Shown piece after piece: positions 48,900-62,485 of a stretch of DNA of 64,000 nucleotides (within the stretch, counting starts at the first letter, position 1; each line of letters starts with the position of its first letter). Position numbers and translations under genes: made by a program. This DNA comes from Paecilomyces variotii (taxonomy: Eukaryota): assembly GCA_004022145.1 (NCBI GenBank), contig RCNU01000002.1; one strand, 5' to 3'. The notes below the pieces were generated by a model that saw nothing but the letters and a program-made list of their open reading frames with translations, had not been told where the DNA came from and searched no databases.

Positions 48900-51800
48900 G
48901 GTATGATGCCTAAACGATTGAGACACTTCTTGTGTTTTCCGAAAGTAAGCGAGAGAGAAAGGAGGAGGCAAGGGGATTTCCACCGGGAGCCTCTATAACG
49001 ATCGCGAGGACAACGACGGACTGAAAAGGAAACCCCAAACAGGAATTCGCTGGTCGGGGCTGGAATGGACTTTAAGGTCGTAGTGGACGCGAAGTCGCAA
49101 TCCCGGGGAGCGTTCAGCTCAGACACTCATTGCTGCCAACGACGGCATGCAACAAGATGGATAAGCCGTTTTGGCACTTGACCACCAGCGGAAGAGAATG
49201 AGAAACACGAGCAGTCCAGCTGTGAAGAAAGAACCTCGCAAGACCGGGGAGAGGCTGGCGACGACGTGCGCACGACGTGGGCGGGGAGAGCGGATGTCAG
49301 CGAGTCGGCGGCCCTGCTCGGGTTATTTAGCCCAGGGTCGGGAAGCGTTGAACCACGGCTCCAGTCAGGACAATCCGGGAATCGGATCAACGGTGGGGAG
49401 AGAAAGATGGATAGATGGATGGACAATATTAATGTCCGATGGGCAGCTGAGGATGTCAGTTGCTTGCTCCTGACCGCGAGGGGCGGGCGTGACTGTGTAG
49501 CGATAAGGGAGAAAGGAAAGAAAGAAAGACAGAAAGAGGGAAAAGAGAAGAAGAGTAACGCAGAGGAGGCTAAGATGGGAAGAGCTGAGATGGATGGAGG
49601 GATCAGAAGCACAGATAGACGTCTAGAGTAGAGTAAAGTCGGTCTGGAAATCGGGCTCGAACAACACGAGGGAGAAGATCGAGAACAGATAGTTAATTAG
49701 TTGATATCAGCACCCAAAGACCCTGACGGTTTGCTTGTCAGCCGACGCAGCGTGCCAGCTCCGGTGTGGATGGGGACGAGAAGCCCGAGAGACATCGAGA
49801 TCCCCAACGGCAAAGGGGAACAGGCAAAGCAACGAGCTGGTCGAGAAATCCACAGACTCTTCAACCAAAAAGAAGAGAAAAAGGGAACATCCACAAGCCA
49901 GAAGACGGGGTCCACCGGATGGCGCAGAACCAGCTGGAGAAGAAAGAAGAAAGACAACTCGTTGTTTGCCATCGGGCATGTCTCATCTTTTCCCTCTCCG
50001 CTCTTCTCTTCTCATCCCCCCCGCTGCCACCGAACTTATCGGATAACTTATCGATTAACTCACGATAGATAACTCGCCCATCCGCCCACATGGCGTCGCC
50101 TGCCCGCCCTAAAAATGTCTAAACAGCGTTCGACGGCTTTACTTAGCCCCGAGCACTAAAAAACGCTTAAGCCGGCTTCTCCTCCGACTAACAAACCCTC
50201 ATCCACACCAATATTAATACAAGAGCGATGAAGCCGGTCCTCTGCTCGAGAGATAAGGAGAACATGGAATACCATAAAAGATACCAAATGGCCACGCGAG
50301 CAGATCGCCTGGCAGTGTCACACGGAGACTCGCCCATCGCCAGGGTGGGAGACTGAGTCGATCTGACATTCCTCGACAGCGCCAGCCAGGCGGTCAGGCG
50401 CAGCATCTCACCAGCCCAGTAACTATTGGATAGATGGCTCGATTTGACGATACTGAAAAGCATACTTGGTACCCTGGATACTCTTATGTGGTTCAACCAC
50501 AAACAAGTTCCGCCCATCGCTTGGCATGGAGCGCGATCGTCAAGAAGTATTCTATACTTATGTCCCCGTACCATACAGATGGTACTTGCCTGTCCTCCAG
50601 GTTACTATTAACTCAGGCTAGTTATCTGAATAGACTGCCCAAAACACTACCTATCTATACTCCGTAGTTACTCCGTACACGAGAATACCATAATAGAGTA
50701 CCATAAAATATCCCTCATAAAAAAGAAGACCTTGATTGGCGGAGAATCTACCTAAATTTGGCTATCCGCCACTCGACTGGAACCCCCTCGTTTCTCTCCC
50801 AACTCCACAGCGTCTTCAAGAGTACGGTGTACAGTGGTCGATTATTGGTCCTGATCTCGTAGCTTCGCCTCCACGATACGCCGATGGAAATAACAAATGA
50901 CTTGTTCGCATATGCCAAACCATACCTATGTACTGTACTGTACATACTATGGGTCCTATGGGGTACATACTGTACCTATCAGCTAACTCCGATGCAATGG
51001 GGATTCTCAGGGGTAACTAGCTACCGACTCATAGTGACTATCTATATATTCTAGCTATCGATGAAAATGATTGTTATTCTCATTTGATGTTACTCGAGCT
51101 TGAAAACAGACTTCCCCTGCACAAGGGCTTAATAGGTCAGAAGAAGCAAGTGCCGACCGAGGGACCACCGGCTAAGGCCCAACGGATAAGAATTTCATGG
51201 ACTTTGAAGCTGACTCAGTATTCCTCGTCATCACGCGAGATCATGGATTGATCTCGGAGAGGCACGTGGGATGAATACGCTGATTAGGGGATTGCGCCAA
51301 TGTCCTGGTCGATGACGATAGAGTTCTGGATGAGGAATCCGATCGTCATTTGAGTTCTTATACAGTGTAGTATAGAGTAGATAAACAGGACCTAATTACT
51401 CGATCTACTTTCAATATTCTCGATTTGCGCATATGTCAAGCAGTAGTGCTTCTACAGGTCAGATGACCATGTATGGCCGGTCAGGAACAGATGCCTGCAG
51501 GATCAAAAAAATGCTGAAAACCAAGGGGTATCTTGTCTTCTCGCTCTATCCAGCAAAACCTAGCACCAGTCGGTCGAATTATTGCTCTCTGCTCTTCCCT
51601 CACCATATTTGTCCCAGTTCAAACCCGAGCCTTTCTTCCGTGAATGTCCGATAATGATACAGAACCACCGGTATCTCTCAGTCCATCAGCCAACAGCAGT
51701 CACCCATTACATTATTGAGCACCTTGAATCCATGTTGGTAAAGGGGGAAAGACAGAAAGTGCGATCAACGCATTAGGTTCTGTGACGAGAAAAGAATCTT

Positions 51801-52159
51801 GGTCATGAGGAGAAAAGAAGGGGTGAAAAAGGTGTTAAATCTGATATAAAAAGAAATCGCTAAAGGATAGATCATAACACGTGCATGTCTCTATACCTTC
51901 CAATCCCGTAGCAAACAACTCTTTTTTCTTTTTCCGCCTATACTAAAGAAAATCGGCGTATCATAGATGCGAAGTGAGGCAGTACCTTGTACTCCCTTTC
52001 TCATATGGATTCCATCTCGAGGAAGCATGTTCATGACGGCATATCTTTCCACCGGTTGCTGGCTTCGTGTAACTTCTCAAAACCCATTGATCGTAGAGTT
52101 TCATCAGACGTGGATACTGAGTCGAATCAGAATAAGTCGTGTCATCCGTCAATCATTAC

Positions 52160-55100
52160 TCAGCTATCCTTCATCCAGGGATGTTCTACCACCTCCGAGA
52201 TGGTGAGACGATTGTCGACATCGCGGTCTAGCATCTTTCGGATGAGGTCGATACAGTCCTCTGAAAAAGGGACGAAAGGCACTCGAAGAGGGTGGTCTAG
52301 GATCTCGTCGATGTTGTAAAAGGGATTCTCTTTGTAGACGATGGTGTAGAGAAGAATCCCGAGGGCCCAGACATCCTGTTCCTTGCCCCGGTAGGACTTG
52401 CCTTGGAGAACTTCGGGAGCAGCATAATCTGTCATTCTGTCAGCGGAACTCCTAGATAAAGAGAAGAAAGGATGGCTAACCTATTGTCCCCACAAATACG
52501 TCAAACGGGCCGTTTTTGATGTATGCTGCACTTCCGAAATCGATGAGCTTAATCCGACCTTCACCGTCCAGGACAACGTTTTCGTCCTTGATGTCCCGGT
52601 GCACAACTAGGGCTTTTGTGTGAAGGTGGTGTATCGCGTCCACAACTTGTCGGAAAATATTTCTGCACTCTCCTTCGTCCATATTGGCACGCAGCTCAAT
52701 GTAGTCGAACAGGTCCATTCCAGGGAGACCATGTGGTTTCATCTCAATGTAGTAGTTGATCTCGTCCTCAAAGAAGCCTTCCATCTCCACGATGTTTGGA
52801 TGTTTCAGACCGTCTCGACGGAGATAATCAAGGACGTGGATCTCTAAGGGCACAGTGCCTAAACGCCGGTCACGTGTCCATGTATCGACAAGAATCCTCT
52901 TTTTCGTGACATATTTCAGGACAACTCTCTTGTTTGGGATTTTCTTCAGACGTGCCAGCTTCACCTGGCCGTAAGCGCCTTGGCCCATTTCTTCCAAGAT
53001 CACGTAGTCATCAATCGTCCTCTTGGCTGGCATCTCTGTTGTCGAGGCCGAAGTCGCCTCAGGAACTGGTTGTCCGGGCTGATCAGTAAGTGGTTGAGAC
53101 GCGGCTTCACTGAGCTGCTGGCTTAGAAGTGAAAGAGGCTGTTGGTTGTTCCCAGAAACAATTTTCACTTCAGGAGATGCCGGAACAGGAGCTTCTGGCG
53201 ATCGTCCCGGCGACAGTTGCGGTGGGGGTGTCATGCTCTCTGACGTTAAGGCGCTGGGAGAGAGAGCGCCTGCTGTCCTGGCAGAATGAATCTGTCGGGA
53301 GTAGGTGATCCACAAAGCGTACACAACTTCTGTCACAGCCACTGGCTCACTGTTGCTATCATCTGTGTCGCTATCTTCTTCCGCACCCTTCTCTTGTTTA
53401 CTAGGGAAGACAGTCTCACTCTTAACAACACGCATCTGAATGTCCACTGACATAATGGAACCATCACGATGCCTAGCGGCAACACCAGTTGGCTGTAGAA
53501 AGATCGTCGCGGCATTAGCTTTTCCTTCTCGAAGGAGGGAAAGAGCTCTTGCTCGCCGGAAGCTATGCTCGGGAATCACAATTCCATCGACGAGAGGGAC
53601 TTTGTCTTCTTCGGTCAAGACGCGTAGAAGGTCGTCAAAATGAGGGATCAACTCAGTGACGTGCAAGCCTTCAGGTCTCTCTTGGCCGAACAGAGCGGAC
53701 GAGAAGACTGAATTCGTACTGATTATATTCAGCGTGGATGATGAGAGTACCATCATTCCTGCAATGTGAGGGAAACTGGAGATCCGTAGGTTCCGGGAGC
53801 CTTCGGCCTTAGATAGAGTAACAGGGATATTGTAACCGGCAGGGATGCGGGCGGTGAAATGCTTGATCTCAGCGATCCGGGAGGCACCAGCGTCATCCTC
53901 GATACAGTCTTTAGGCAATCGTGGAAGAAGTTCGGTAATATCCGTACCCGCCCTCACGACTGTTGGGCCCCAGATCTTGTCAATGTCGCCGCTGGCATCT
54001 ACGACTTGACCTTTTTCGTCATGTCGAATATATGCGATATCCTCTGTAATCTCCTCGAGAACCCAGATCAACCCACCACGCTTCTCCATGACCCAAAGAC
54101 TCGCTGAACCTCTCTCCCCATCTCGCTTTTGAATTGGAACAACATCACCGCACAACAGGACTCCGCGAGATTTGTTCGACGCATGGTTTGGTTTCTTTGG
54201 GTACCGGGCGCTGGTGCCATATCCGTCATCAGTCTGCGCCCTTTTGGCCTTTTCTCGCGAAGACGGCTTGCTGAGAAGTTGTGCTGTCACACCACTTCTC
54301 ATCCCAGATAATTTCGAATTCACGGCATTAACCCGGGACTTATCAGGCTGGTTCTGGGATCTAGCAGCCGCATCAGTGCTCGGATCACGCAGTTTTGACT
54401 CAAGCCAATCTCTGCGCTCCTCTTGCACCACTTCTAGAATACTCAGTTTGCGCACTTCTGCCTGAGTCACGCCAAACACAAGGCAGGCGAGGTCATTGGC
54501 GGCCAATATGGTCCATGGTGCTTTCGCTTCTGTCCGGAATACCGCCTGGGCAACGGGTGTCCATTTGCTGCTGTGACTATGCACGGGAAAGCCTGAAATT
54601 CCTAAGCCGAGAGCCGAGCTAGTTGCCGGAGAAAGTGCATCCGCGGCATTGTAGGGTTGTGCTAGAGTCTCCATCAGCTTGCTCTGAAGGGAAACAGAGC
54701 TCAGATCCGTGTATGTACGTTTTAAGCTTACGCGCCTGGATGAGGGAGCCGATTTCATCTCTCTCTTCTGGTTAAGGATTTGGTCATCTGGCACCGGGCT
54801 GAGAAAGCGAGAACCGTCCATGGCAGCGGCGTGACTATCATCTCGAGGCGAAAAGTCCGACTCCCGGGGTAGTAAGTTTCGATCATTGAAGGCCTTCTCA
54901 AAGACATTGCCGTTGTCCACATCTGCTGGTCCAGTAAGAGGTCCGCGGCCTGGTCCAGTGGAATAACCTGCCTCATCTCCCAGAACATGTGCCCTTGACA
55001 GAAGGTCGACCATACTTTGGATCTCCGTATCACCATATATCCGGGCCTGCGCATTCACAATTCCAGCGTTGCTAGCATTCCAACCGAATCGGTCCCTCAT

Positions 55101-55382
55101 GAAATCAATCGATCTTTTCAGAATATTCTGCCTGCTGTGTAACAACTCCTCCGATTGTTGGGCAAATGAGAAGGAATGTAGGGATTCTGAAGGGAAACGG
55201 TGGAGGTCTTCCATAGCTGGTGTACTCTGACCGGGAGCAAAGTATGTTGAAAGAGCCCTGGAGGATTGACCGGAGATGGGAGACGGGCACATTGAATGAG
55301 GAAGAAGCGAAGAGGTAGATGCGTTTGGCATGGTGAGGACCCGCGACTGTGTACGTATACGGTCCAGTCCTGACGGCCCCAT
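52160..55382 (-). CDS. PSK1: PAS-domain serine/threonine kinase (Psk1/2-like)
   Basis: PAS-like ILAANDLACLVFG; kinase motifs GQGAYGQV, VHRDIKDENV, DFG and FVGTI|DYAAPEVL; one 3' intron at about 52480-52429. The N-terminus is uncertain. Confidence 0.9.
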
Positions 55383-57669
55383 TCCATGTTCGTTTTCGAG
55401 TAAAGGCGACCTACGGGGGTGCATCAATTGTCAAAATGTATCAAGAATTAGAATCGTCCGGCCTAGGACCAACCTTGGCATACGATCGGTCTCAGATAGA
55501 GAGCCGTCGCCCGACAGCCTCATCGAGGAGCTTTGGTCATCTCTCGTATATATTGACAGATTCCCTCCGCTCGTCGATTTCGATATCCATGGGACAGACT
55601 CTGGGGAGGCAGAGAGGGGACCCACGGGGGATGACAGAGGACTTGGCTCTCCTGTTTCCAGACAGACGTTAGCAGGGCCTGTACTGAGCTTTTCTAAGTT
55701 TGACAAGAGCTTTGGGCCTCAGGAGATCAGAGAGCTGATGCTATCACCATCACCACTGCCGGAGCATTACGGATCTTATCTCCGACGCGATGGGTAAGAT
55801 GCTCGTAAAGATGTTGAGCAGGAGTCCAGATTCACCCCATATCATATTGTGACCCTTCGGTCGCTTTCTTTTCTAGGCACTCTCTGCATCATCCAGAGCG
55901 ATGACCATAAAATCCCGACCCACTGCCTGAGTCTTGCTGACGGCAAATATAGAAAGGATAATTTGACTAACCATCGTCATTATATGAAGAACCTGGCATC
56001 CTCGACAGCTGCAAGAACCGACAATAAAGGGCGGACGATCGGATCGATGGGCTGGAGAGACACGCTGCTATGGGCTAAGACAGTGAAAGTCTTGTAGAGC
56101 TACATCAGACGACGTAGGTGGACCGCGTTCCCAGGAAAGGCTTGTCGTTGGATTTGGATTTCTTCCACCTCCGTTCTTTCTATATTACCAGATGTGCGAC
56201 CAAGCCCTGACCACCGTGACCGGTCACTTGTCCTGCTGTTTCCGTCACTGGATCGTGGGCGAGGCTGAGATACAAGAATCAAGCGGGCAGCTGCCTCGAT
56301 CAGTCTGAGGCACAATGCGTTGCATAGGGTCCTATGACATGTGCGCGCGCCGGTCGCTTTGGAATGTCCGACTGTTTCGCCTCCGCAGAGGGGCGACCGT
56401 TAGCCCAGATGGGGGAAGAGCCAGGAAGTCCGTCCTTCGAGGACGGCGGACGAGGGGTAGGATGGGGGGGAAAAAGAGTTGGTAAGAGATCGAAGTTGGA
56501 CAGTCGTTTACGGCAAATGAGGGGGGAGTATAGGGATGGTATGCACCAAGGAGATCGACGATTTCTTCGGGCAGCTTATGGTGATGTAATTTAGGCGATG
56601 CGAACCTCTGCGAGGGGGGCTGTCCCTGGCCGTGTGAAGACTAGAAAGAAACGAGGGTCGCTTAGAAGGCCAGGAGAGGTCTTCTCGATATTCTTGGTTT
56701 TTTTGCCCAACCGGGCCGTTGGTTTCTTTTCTGCTGTGGCGGGGAGCAGGTTCGCTCAAGGTTGTGGTGGCTGTCGAAGCTACTAAGTACCAAAGAGGGG
56801 AGAACGGACGACCGACGACGCTATGTGGAAAAGCGAGCCGCGATTATCGATGGACTATGAACAGAATGCCGCGAACAGCAATCGGCTCGACGCTGACGAC
56901 GTGACTTGATAAGTTGATAATAACTAATACAGACAGACAGACCGTGTTGATTATCCTCTAGCGAGTCTTCAGTTCTCAGCCAAGAGACAACTCGTTTTAG
57001 TGGATCAAAATCGGCCTGTTCTCTGCCTCAACAGCTGCAAAACACACCTAGTTCCTACGACTTAACTACTGCGCGGATCATTTCTGTTTGGTAGCCCAGA
57101 TCGTACTGTCTTGCCTGACACAGCAAAGTACACGACGTATCTGGCAGTGGCTGTTCGGGGCTACCGGCAAAACTACGCGTCGCTGTAAGGAAACCACTCA
57201 CGGAAACGCTATCTACACTCATTTAAATCTTATTTGATCGGATATCCGGTGTTTCCATCATCCTAATAGGGATACTGAACTCGCAGATAAAACGTGAAGT
57301 TTCCCTCGTCTTTCGTCCTGTCTGGATACCTACACGTGGAGACCTATTATCGACTTGCCCGATCCGACCCAGCCGATTGATGAAAATTTCCAACGAGAAC
57401 AGCCGAAATGCTCTTGCCTCCACTCTAAAAGCCTTTACACACATATGCGCGTATCTGTGCGAATTGGAATTTCTCTAAAGACTGAGACTTTCCCTATCTA
57501 TCAGAATGTTGCTGCTTTGAGTACAATAATAAAGATGTTCTACCCCTTGCTCAGTGGAGTGTCACGTGGGTCTCCCCGAGCTGCTCACTCGTCCTTCCAT
57601 ACTTCCAGTCACTCTGCCAAACGCTGCGATCCAAGGTTACACGTCGCATCAGAATTAGAGTGCATATCG

Positions 57670-58200
57670 CGAAACCACGCATCCTCTGATAATTCCTTGG
57701 CTCTTGGCCTATCTCTAGGATCGGGCTTCATTATCCTGAGTATCAATTTCTTGTCATCCTCGCAAATCTCTCGCGTTGTCGTGAGGTGGAATGGCTTCAT
57801 CATCTCCCGAGGGGTATTTTGCATAATCCATGTCAGGACGGACAGCCTTTTTTAGTCTGCAATCTCCTCATAAGATTCTGAGAATGATCCAGAACTTCCA
57901 TTATGTTTCATGATGATCTTGACTTCATAATCTTCGTGATATATTGGAACATCTGGTTTGAATATATGGAACCTACCTCCATAGAGGATGCTAATGAGCT
58001 GCATCATATTAGCATAACAGAGCTTATAGCTGAGGCGCTCGATCTCAATAAGGTTTACAATTGCCCCGAAGGGCCCGATGTCAGTCGCGGTATCCCAGCT
58101 CATCTGAAGATGGGCCTCAGGGCTGCGGAAAATAGGCGTTCCAATAGGATCGTCTCGTCCAGCATATGTCGAGTCTGCACGAACATGGCGAATGCTTTTG
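57670..58200 (-). pseudogene. Decayed protein kinase (C-lobe remnant)
   Basis: GTPIFRSPEAHL, W.T.TDIGPFG (degenerate DIWSFG), FHIFKP, in-frame TAA after SYEEIAD, then KPF...REI...IMKPDPRDRPRAKEL..DAWF; no N-lobe, HRD or DFG found. Confidence 0.8.
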
Positions 58201-59123
58201 ACGATAACATTCTCATCTGTTGAGGCACTATATAGGTAATGTCACTGAAATATTGCTCGTATGTGATTCACAATCCCGAAGTTGCTTTGTCACGGTGTAG
58301 ATCTCTAATCTTCCTCTCAAAGCTTGACCCTGGGCTATTGGAACTACCATATCGGCTACGAGGTCTAAAAAGGGTCAGGGTTTGGCGACTGAAATCGTTC
58401 TCTTGCAACGAAAAATAGTAATAATATGCATTCTTCCTCGACGAGAGTCAAAAGTGAACTACATGCGAACATGCAGGGCCCGGTCAGGTGATATACCCTG
58501 ATTATATGTACTGGAAAATGATATTGAACCCCCAAATCATAACCTGTAAAATAATCAAATAGATTACGAAAGCTACAAATACCAGACAATCTATTCTACA
58601 CATGACCATAATAGGGTTCCATTTCTCTCCTTTTGCCTTATGCACCGGAATTCCAGCCCTCCCTAGATGATAGTTCAAGCCACGATGCATTGAAAGTTGA
58701 CTTCTACGGAAATTCAGCCAGCCAGGTGGGAACAGTGAGATGCATGTCGCGGATCTTAGCATTACTTAGAACTTATCTCGCATTTCACGCGCTAAGAGGG
58801 GGCGATTGTGAGGAATTTTCTAATATGATATAATTTCTACGTTCACGGCTTCTCGAGTCCCATTGGCTCTAGAGGGATCTGTATGCTATACTCTACGGTG
58901 GGTGTGGAGAAAAGTAGTCCATATATCTCTTCGTGCCTTTATTACGCGTAGCGGGAGATGGAAATGGAATTTCGCGTCTCTGAACCATGATCAAGTTATG
59001 ATACCTACTACAGTAGGACGTTGATCACTCGCTGTGAATGGGAATAGGAATATGGTAACGGGTATGAACCTAACATTAGCAAGTCTACCTAGTATTATTG
59101 TGTTTCTGTCACTCTGCTCGTCT

Positions 59124-61503
59124 TCAGCTATTGGTGCCGCCAAGACTACTCAGCACCAGACCATCGTCATCATCATCACCCACGGCGAACTTTTTCCGAT
59201 TTTCCTCGCCTTTTCCATCGGTGAAAAGAGAGTTCTGTCTGATCTTGTCGCCATGCCGACTCTGCTCCGGAGGCACCGAAGCGGAACTTACAAAACTGGA
59301 GTGATGGCGCTTATCACCAAGCATCCAGGAAAACTCTGAGTCTGCTAGGGCGTGTCGCTGTGCTGGGCGGAGCGGTACTGGCTGTATTGGCTTGGGGTTA
59401 GAAGCGGTGTTTGCTGCGATTCCACCGCTCTGTGGTAGAGTCGGTGTAATTTGGGTTGCATTGGTCCCGTGCACATCGGGGCGGACTACTCCTTGCTTTA
59501 CACGATCCTCGCCATTCTTCTGAACACTTGTTTCATGTGATCTGTCTGAAGGTGTTATCGCTTTGGATGAGTCCTCGAGATACGACTGAACAGAACGGGC
59601 TTTCGCCAACGCTTGATCGAATGCCTCCCTCGAAGTAGTATCAGTGGGTTGCTCTGCTTCCCCAGTCTGCGATTTCTGTGACTGGAGGACATTGAGCGCT
59701 TCACCCAGCATCCGCGAAAGCCGCTTGTTGCGATCTTCCAGAAGCTGGATCTTCTTATTCAGCTCTGCCACGTGCGGTCCTCTAACCCGTGGTGGGCTCT
59801 GTGAGCTGGAAGGGCTCTGCCAAGGCCTCGAGGTAGGCGATGACGCATTAGATTGAATTGTCTGTATGTTTCTTCTAGCCTCGTTCATGGCTCCCCTGAC
59901 AGCCTTTGCTACTCCCCACGCTTCCGTTCGACGCTGGATCCCCTGAGAAACATCCTGGAAGATCGTCTCGAGATTCTTTTGGCTGCTTCTGGCTGGTGAT
60001 CTGCCTGGAGAACTGCTCCCGCTGATGCCCCTGGACTCTGTACGAAGCGACGTCGTCCTAGCGAGCATTGGCCTCGTCTGGTGTTGGAAAGACCGCTCAG
60101 GTGGTCTTCCTGAGTACTTAGATATCAGAAAAGATCCTCTATCGGCTGTCAAGTTTTGTTCGAGGTATAGTGCATCCTGTACGAATGTCCAAGGCGGATG
60201 CGGATGCGGAGATGGATAGCGAAGTAGTAGGGAGAGTGCCATTGGGTAGTCGGCCTCCAAGACTAGTATTCAAAAATCAATTGACGCACAGTCATTCCCC
60301 AGTGTCAGATAGGACACTCACGTTGCCAGCGAATCCGCAGAAGCATTGCGACACAAATCAAGTCAATCAGCTCTGTGCGTAGGCCTTCTGCAAAAATGAA
60401 GTCCCAGAGAACCAGAACATCGTCAAACGGGAACTCCCGACCGAATAATAGGCGGATCCAGCGCCTTGGACTGTCAGTCATGTTCATAGGGAAGCGACTC
60501 CTGACTTACGTGAGGAATATCTGTGGAAGGATCTCAATGGCATATAAATGCTCAGCAAGTCCTTCATCAGCAACTGTTAAGAGACCCTGATGAATGTACT
60601 GGCAGCGATTAACGATGGGGGCCACATCCATTTGGCCAGCTCCGGAGCGTTGTTCACCAGGTTCGTAGTATACCCTAGCGACTTGCATGATGGTGCAGAA
60701 CAGAGTAAAAGCATCGTGCTCGATAAAGGTTTCATCGAGCACTTGCAACATCAGATCATCGTAAGATTGATCATCGCCCATGCTTTGTAGAGATTTCTTT
60801 TCAATGCTGTCACGCTCCACTACCCATAACACGGGTGCCAGCAATTCATGCATGCCCTGCCGGTATCCAAGATCTGGGTTAAGCTTGGTATATATGAATA
60901 ATACATCCAACATCTTAGCCTTTGTAGAAGGCTCCCGGAAAAAGTGATTATCCTGCAAGCATCTTTCCACATCTTGGTATATCTCTGCTCTTATCGCTTC
61001 GTCGCGCCGGAGGGACTGCCATGGAGACTTTTGAGGCACAATAAAGGTCAGATGTCCGAAGATTAAGACGCCACGGCAGCGGACTGAGAGTAGCATACCT
61101 CCTCGTCCTCCGCTAGTGGGTCAGCGGTTGATGGTAGGTCATCCGGATGCTCGATATATTTCAAGAAGTGGTCTCGTAATGCGGAGTAGGCGCTCCGCGA
61201 GTCGGCTATCTTTGACGGCCATTCTGAGATATCGAGGTCATTGTAGAGTAGGAATGCCTTCGTTCTCGTCAGCAGTTAGTCACCCATATGTTGGGCCGTT
61301 GTCATTGACCTTCCAATAAACCGATCTCAAGGTGTCGTCGCAATTATCGCTATCGTCTTCGAACTTGAGGGCCCGCTTTAAGTCGGAGGGCCCTTTGCTG
61401 CTTTGGAAGATGGCGTCCCACCTCTTCCTGGAAGAAATCATGAACTCATGCTCGGCTCTGATTGTTATTTTTGGACTAACCTTGACTCTTCGACGGTTCT
61501 CAT
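59124..61503 (-). CDS. TBC-domain Rab GTPase-activating protein (TBC1D5/Gyp6-like)
   Basis: MRTVEESR|KRW start, LRSVYWK, IYQDVERC (Arg finger), YRQGMHELLAP (Gln finger), EHDAF and RWIRLLFGREF; multi-exon. Confidence 0.92.
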
Positions 61504-62026
61504 GGCATCCCAGGTAGCTATTTACGAGGGCGGGGCGGGTTTGGCGTGGTTTGAATTTAAAGAGCGAGGAACATGGATCGTGATGATCGCGGGGAGGGCC
61601 TTAGGTACACAACTGGCCGCTACTTATCGGCTAGCCACTTGCAGAGCCAGATCAAGACATTCTCTGCCTTGCTTGCGGTTAACCCATGATCCAACCAAGC
61701 CCTACAGACTCATATGTTCTTACTGACATTTGACACATGATTGTTTGGAGACTAAGACCATTTCCCATGATCATTGCGATTTATGGATAAGAAAAATTGT
61801 AACTAAAAATTATCATATGGTAACATCCACCCCGCCACTTTGATGAAACGTTAAAAGCCACAAATACGGCACAGGTGACAGAAGAGCTTTTAGCTCGCTA
61901 ATTCCTCCTACCTGTAACTAGTGTGCTCCATATCTTTAGAGGACAGAGATTGTTACAAAATTTCGGTCTCTGAGGATCTGCAGTCTCTATCGTGATGATG
62001 TCCTTCAGACGAGAATAAACGCTGAA

Positions 62027-62033
62027 TCACGTG
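62027..62033. promoter_or_regulatory. TCACGTG E-box (Cbf1-type) upstream of MET6
   Basis: Exact TCACGTG about 460 bp upstream of the MET6 ATG; this motif regulates MET genes in yeasts. A single 7-mer may be chance. Confidence 0.3.
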
Positions 62034-62485
62034 CCTGGAGATCGACATAAGATTCCCTAGTGACACTAGCACTACCAAAGTCCGAGACTCTGCCGGTCTA
62101 GCATAGGCTGCATAGCAGAAGTGTCCGAATAGGGGCCCTCGATTGCGCGATTTCCGGTGGAAACAGAAATTATTAAGAGCTAGACGCTCTGGATTCCGTG
62201 ACCGGCACGATTCTGACGAGTCAGGCTCACCGACGTCCCGTCCGTAGCTTCGCCGCGGGGATCTCCTCCCGCTGCCCCAGTCCGGCGTTTCGGGGCTACG
62301 TATATCCGTGACCAGATCTGACTGTCATCGCGGGGCTTAGAAAAACTCTTTCCCCCTCCTCTGCGTCCTTTTTTTTCTTCTTTCTTTCCTCATCACTCTT
62401 CCTTCTCTCATATTTGGCTTCTTTTTGCTTGGAAGTCAAATATTTTCTACCTATTTTATTCCATTCTTTGTCATACAGAGCCACA

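Noticed and set aside
3263-55382. Functional clustering of growth and ribosome-biogenesis genes (KRI1, STB3, SEA4, EFG1, PSK)
   Set aside because: Spread over 50 kb among unrelated genes; compatible with chance and ancestral synteny.
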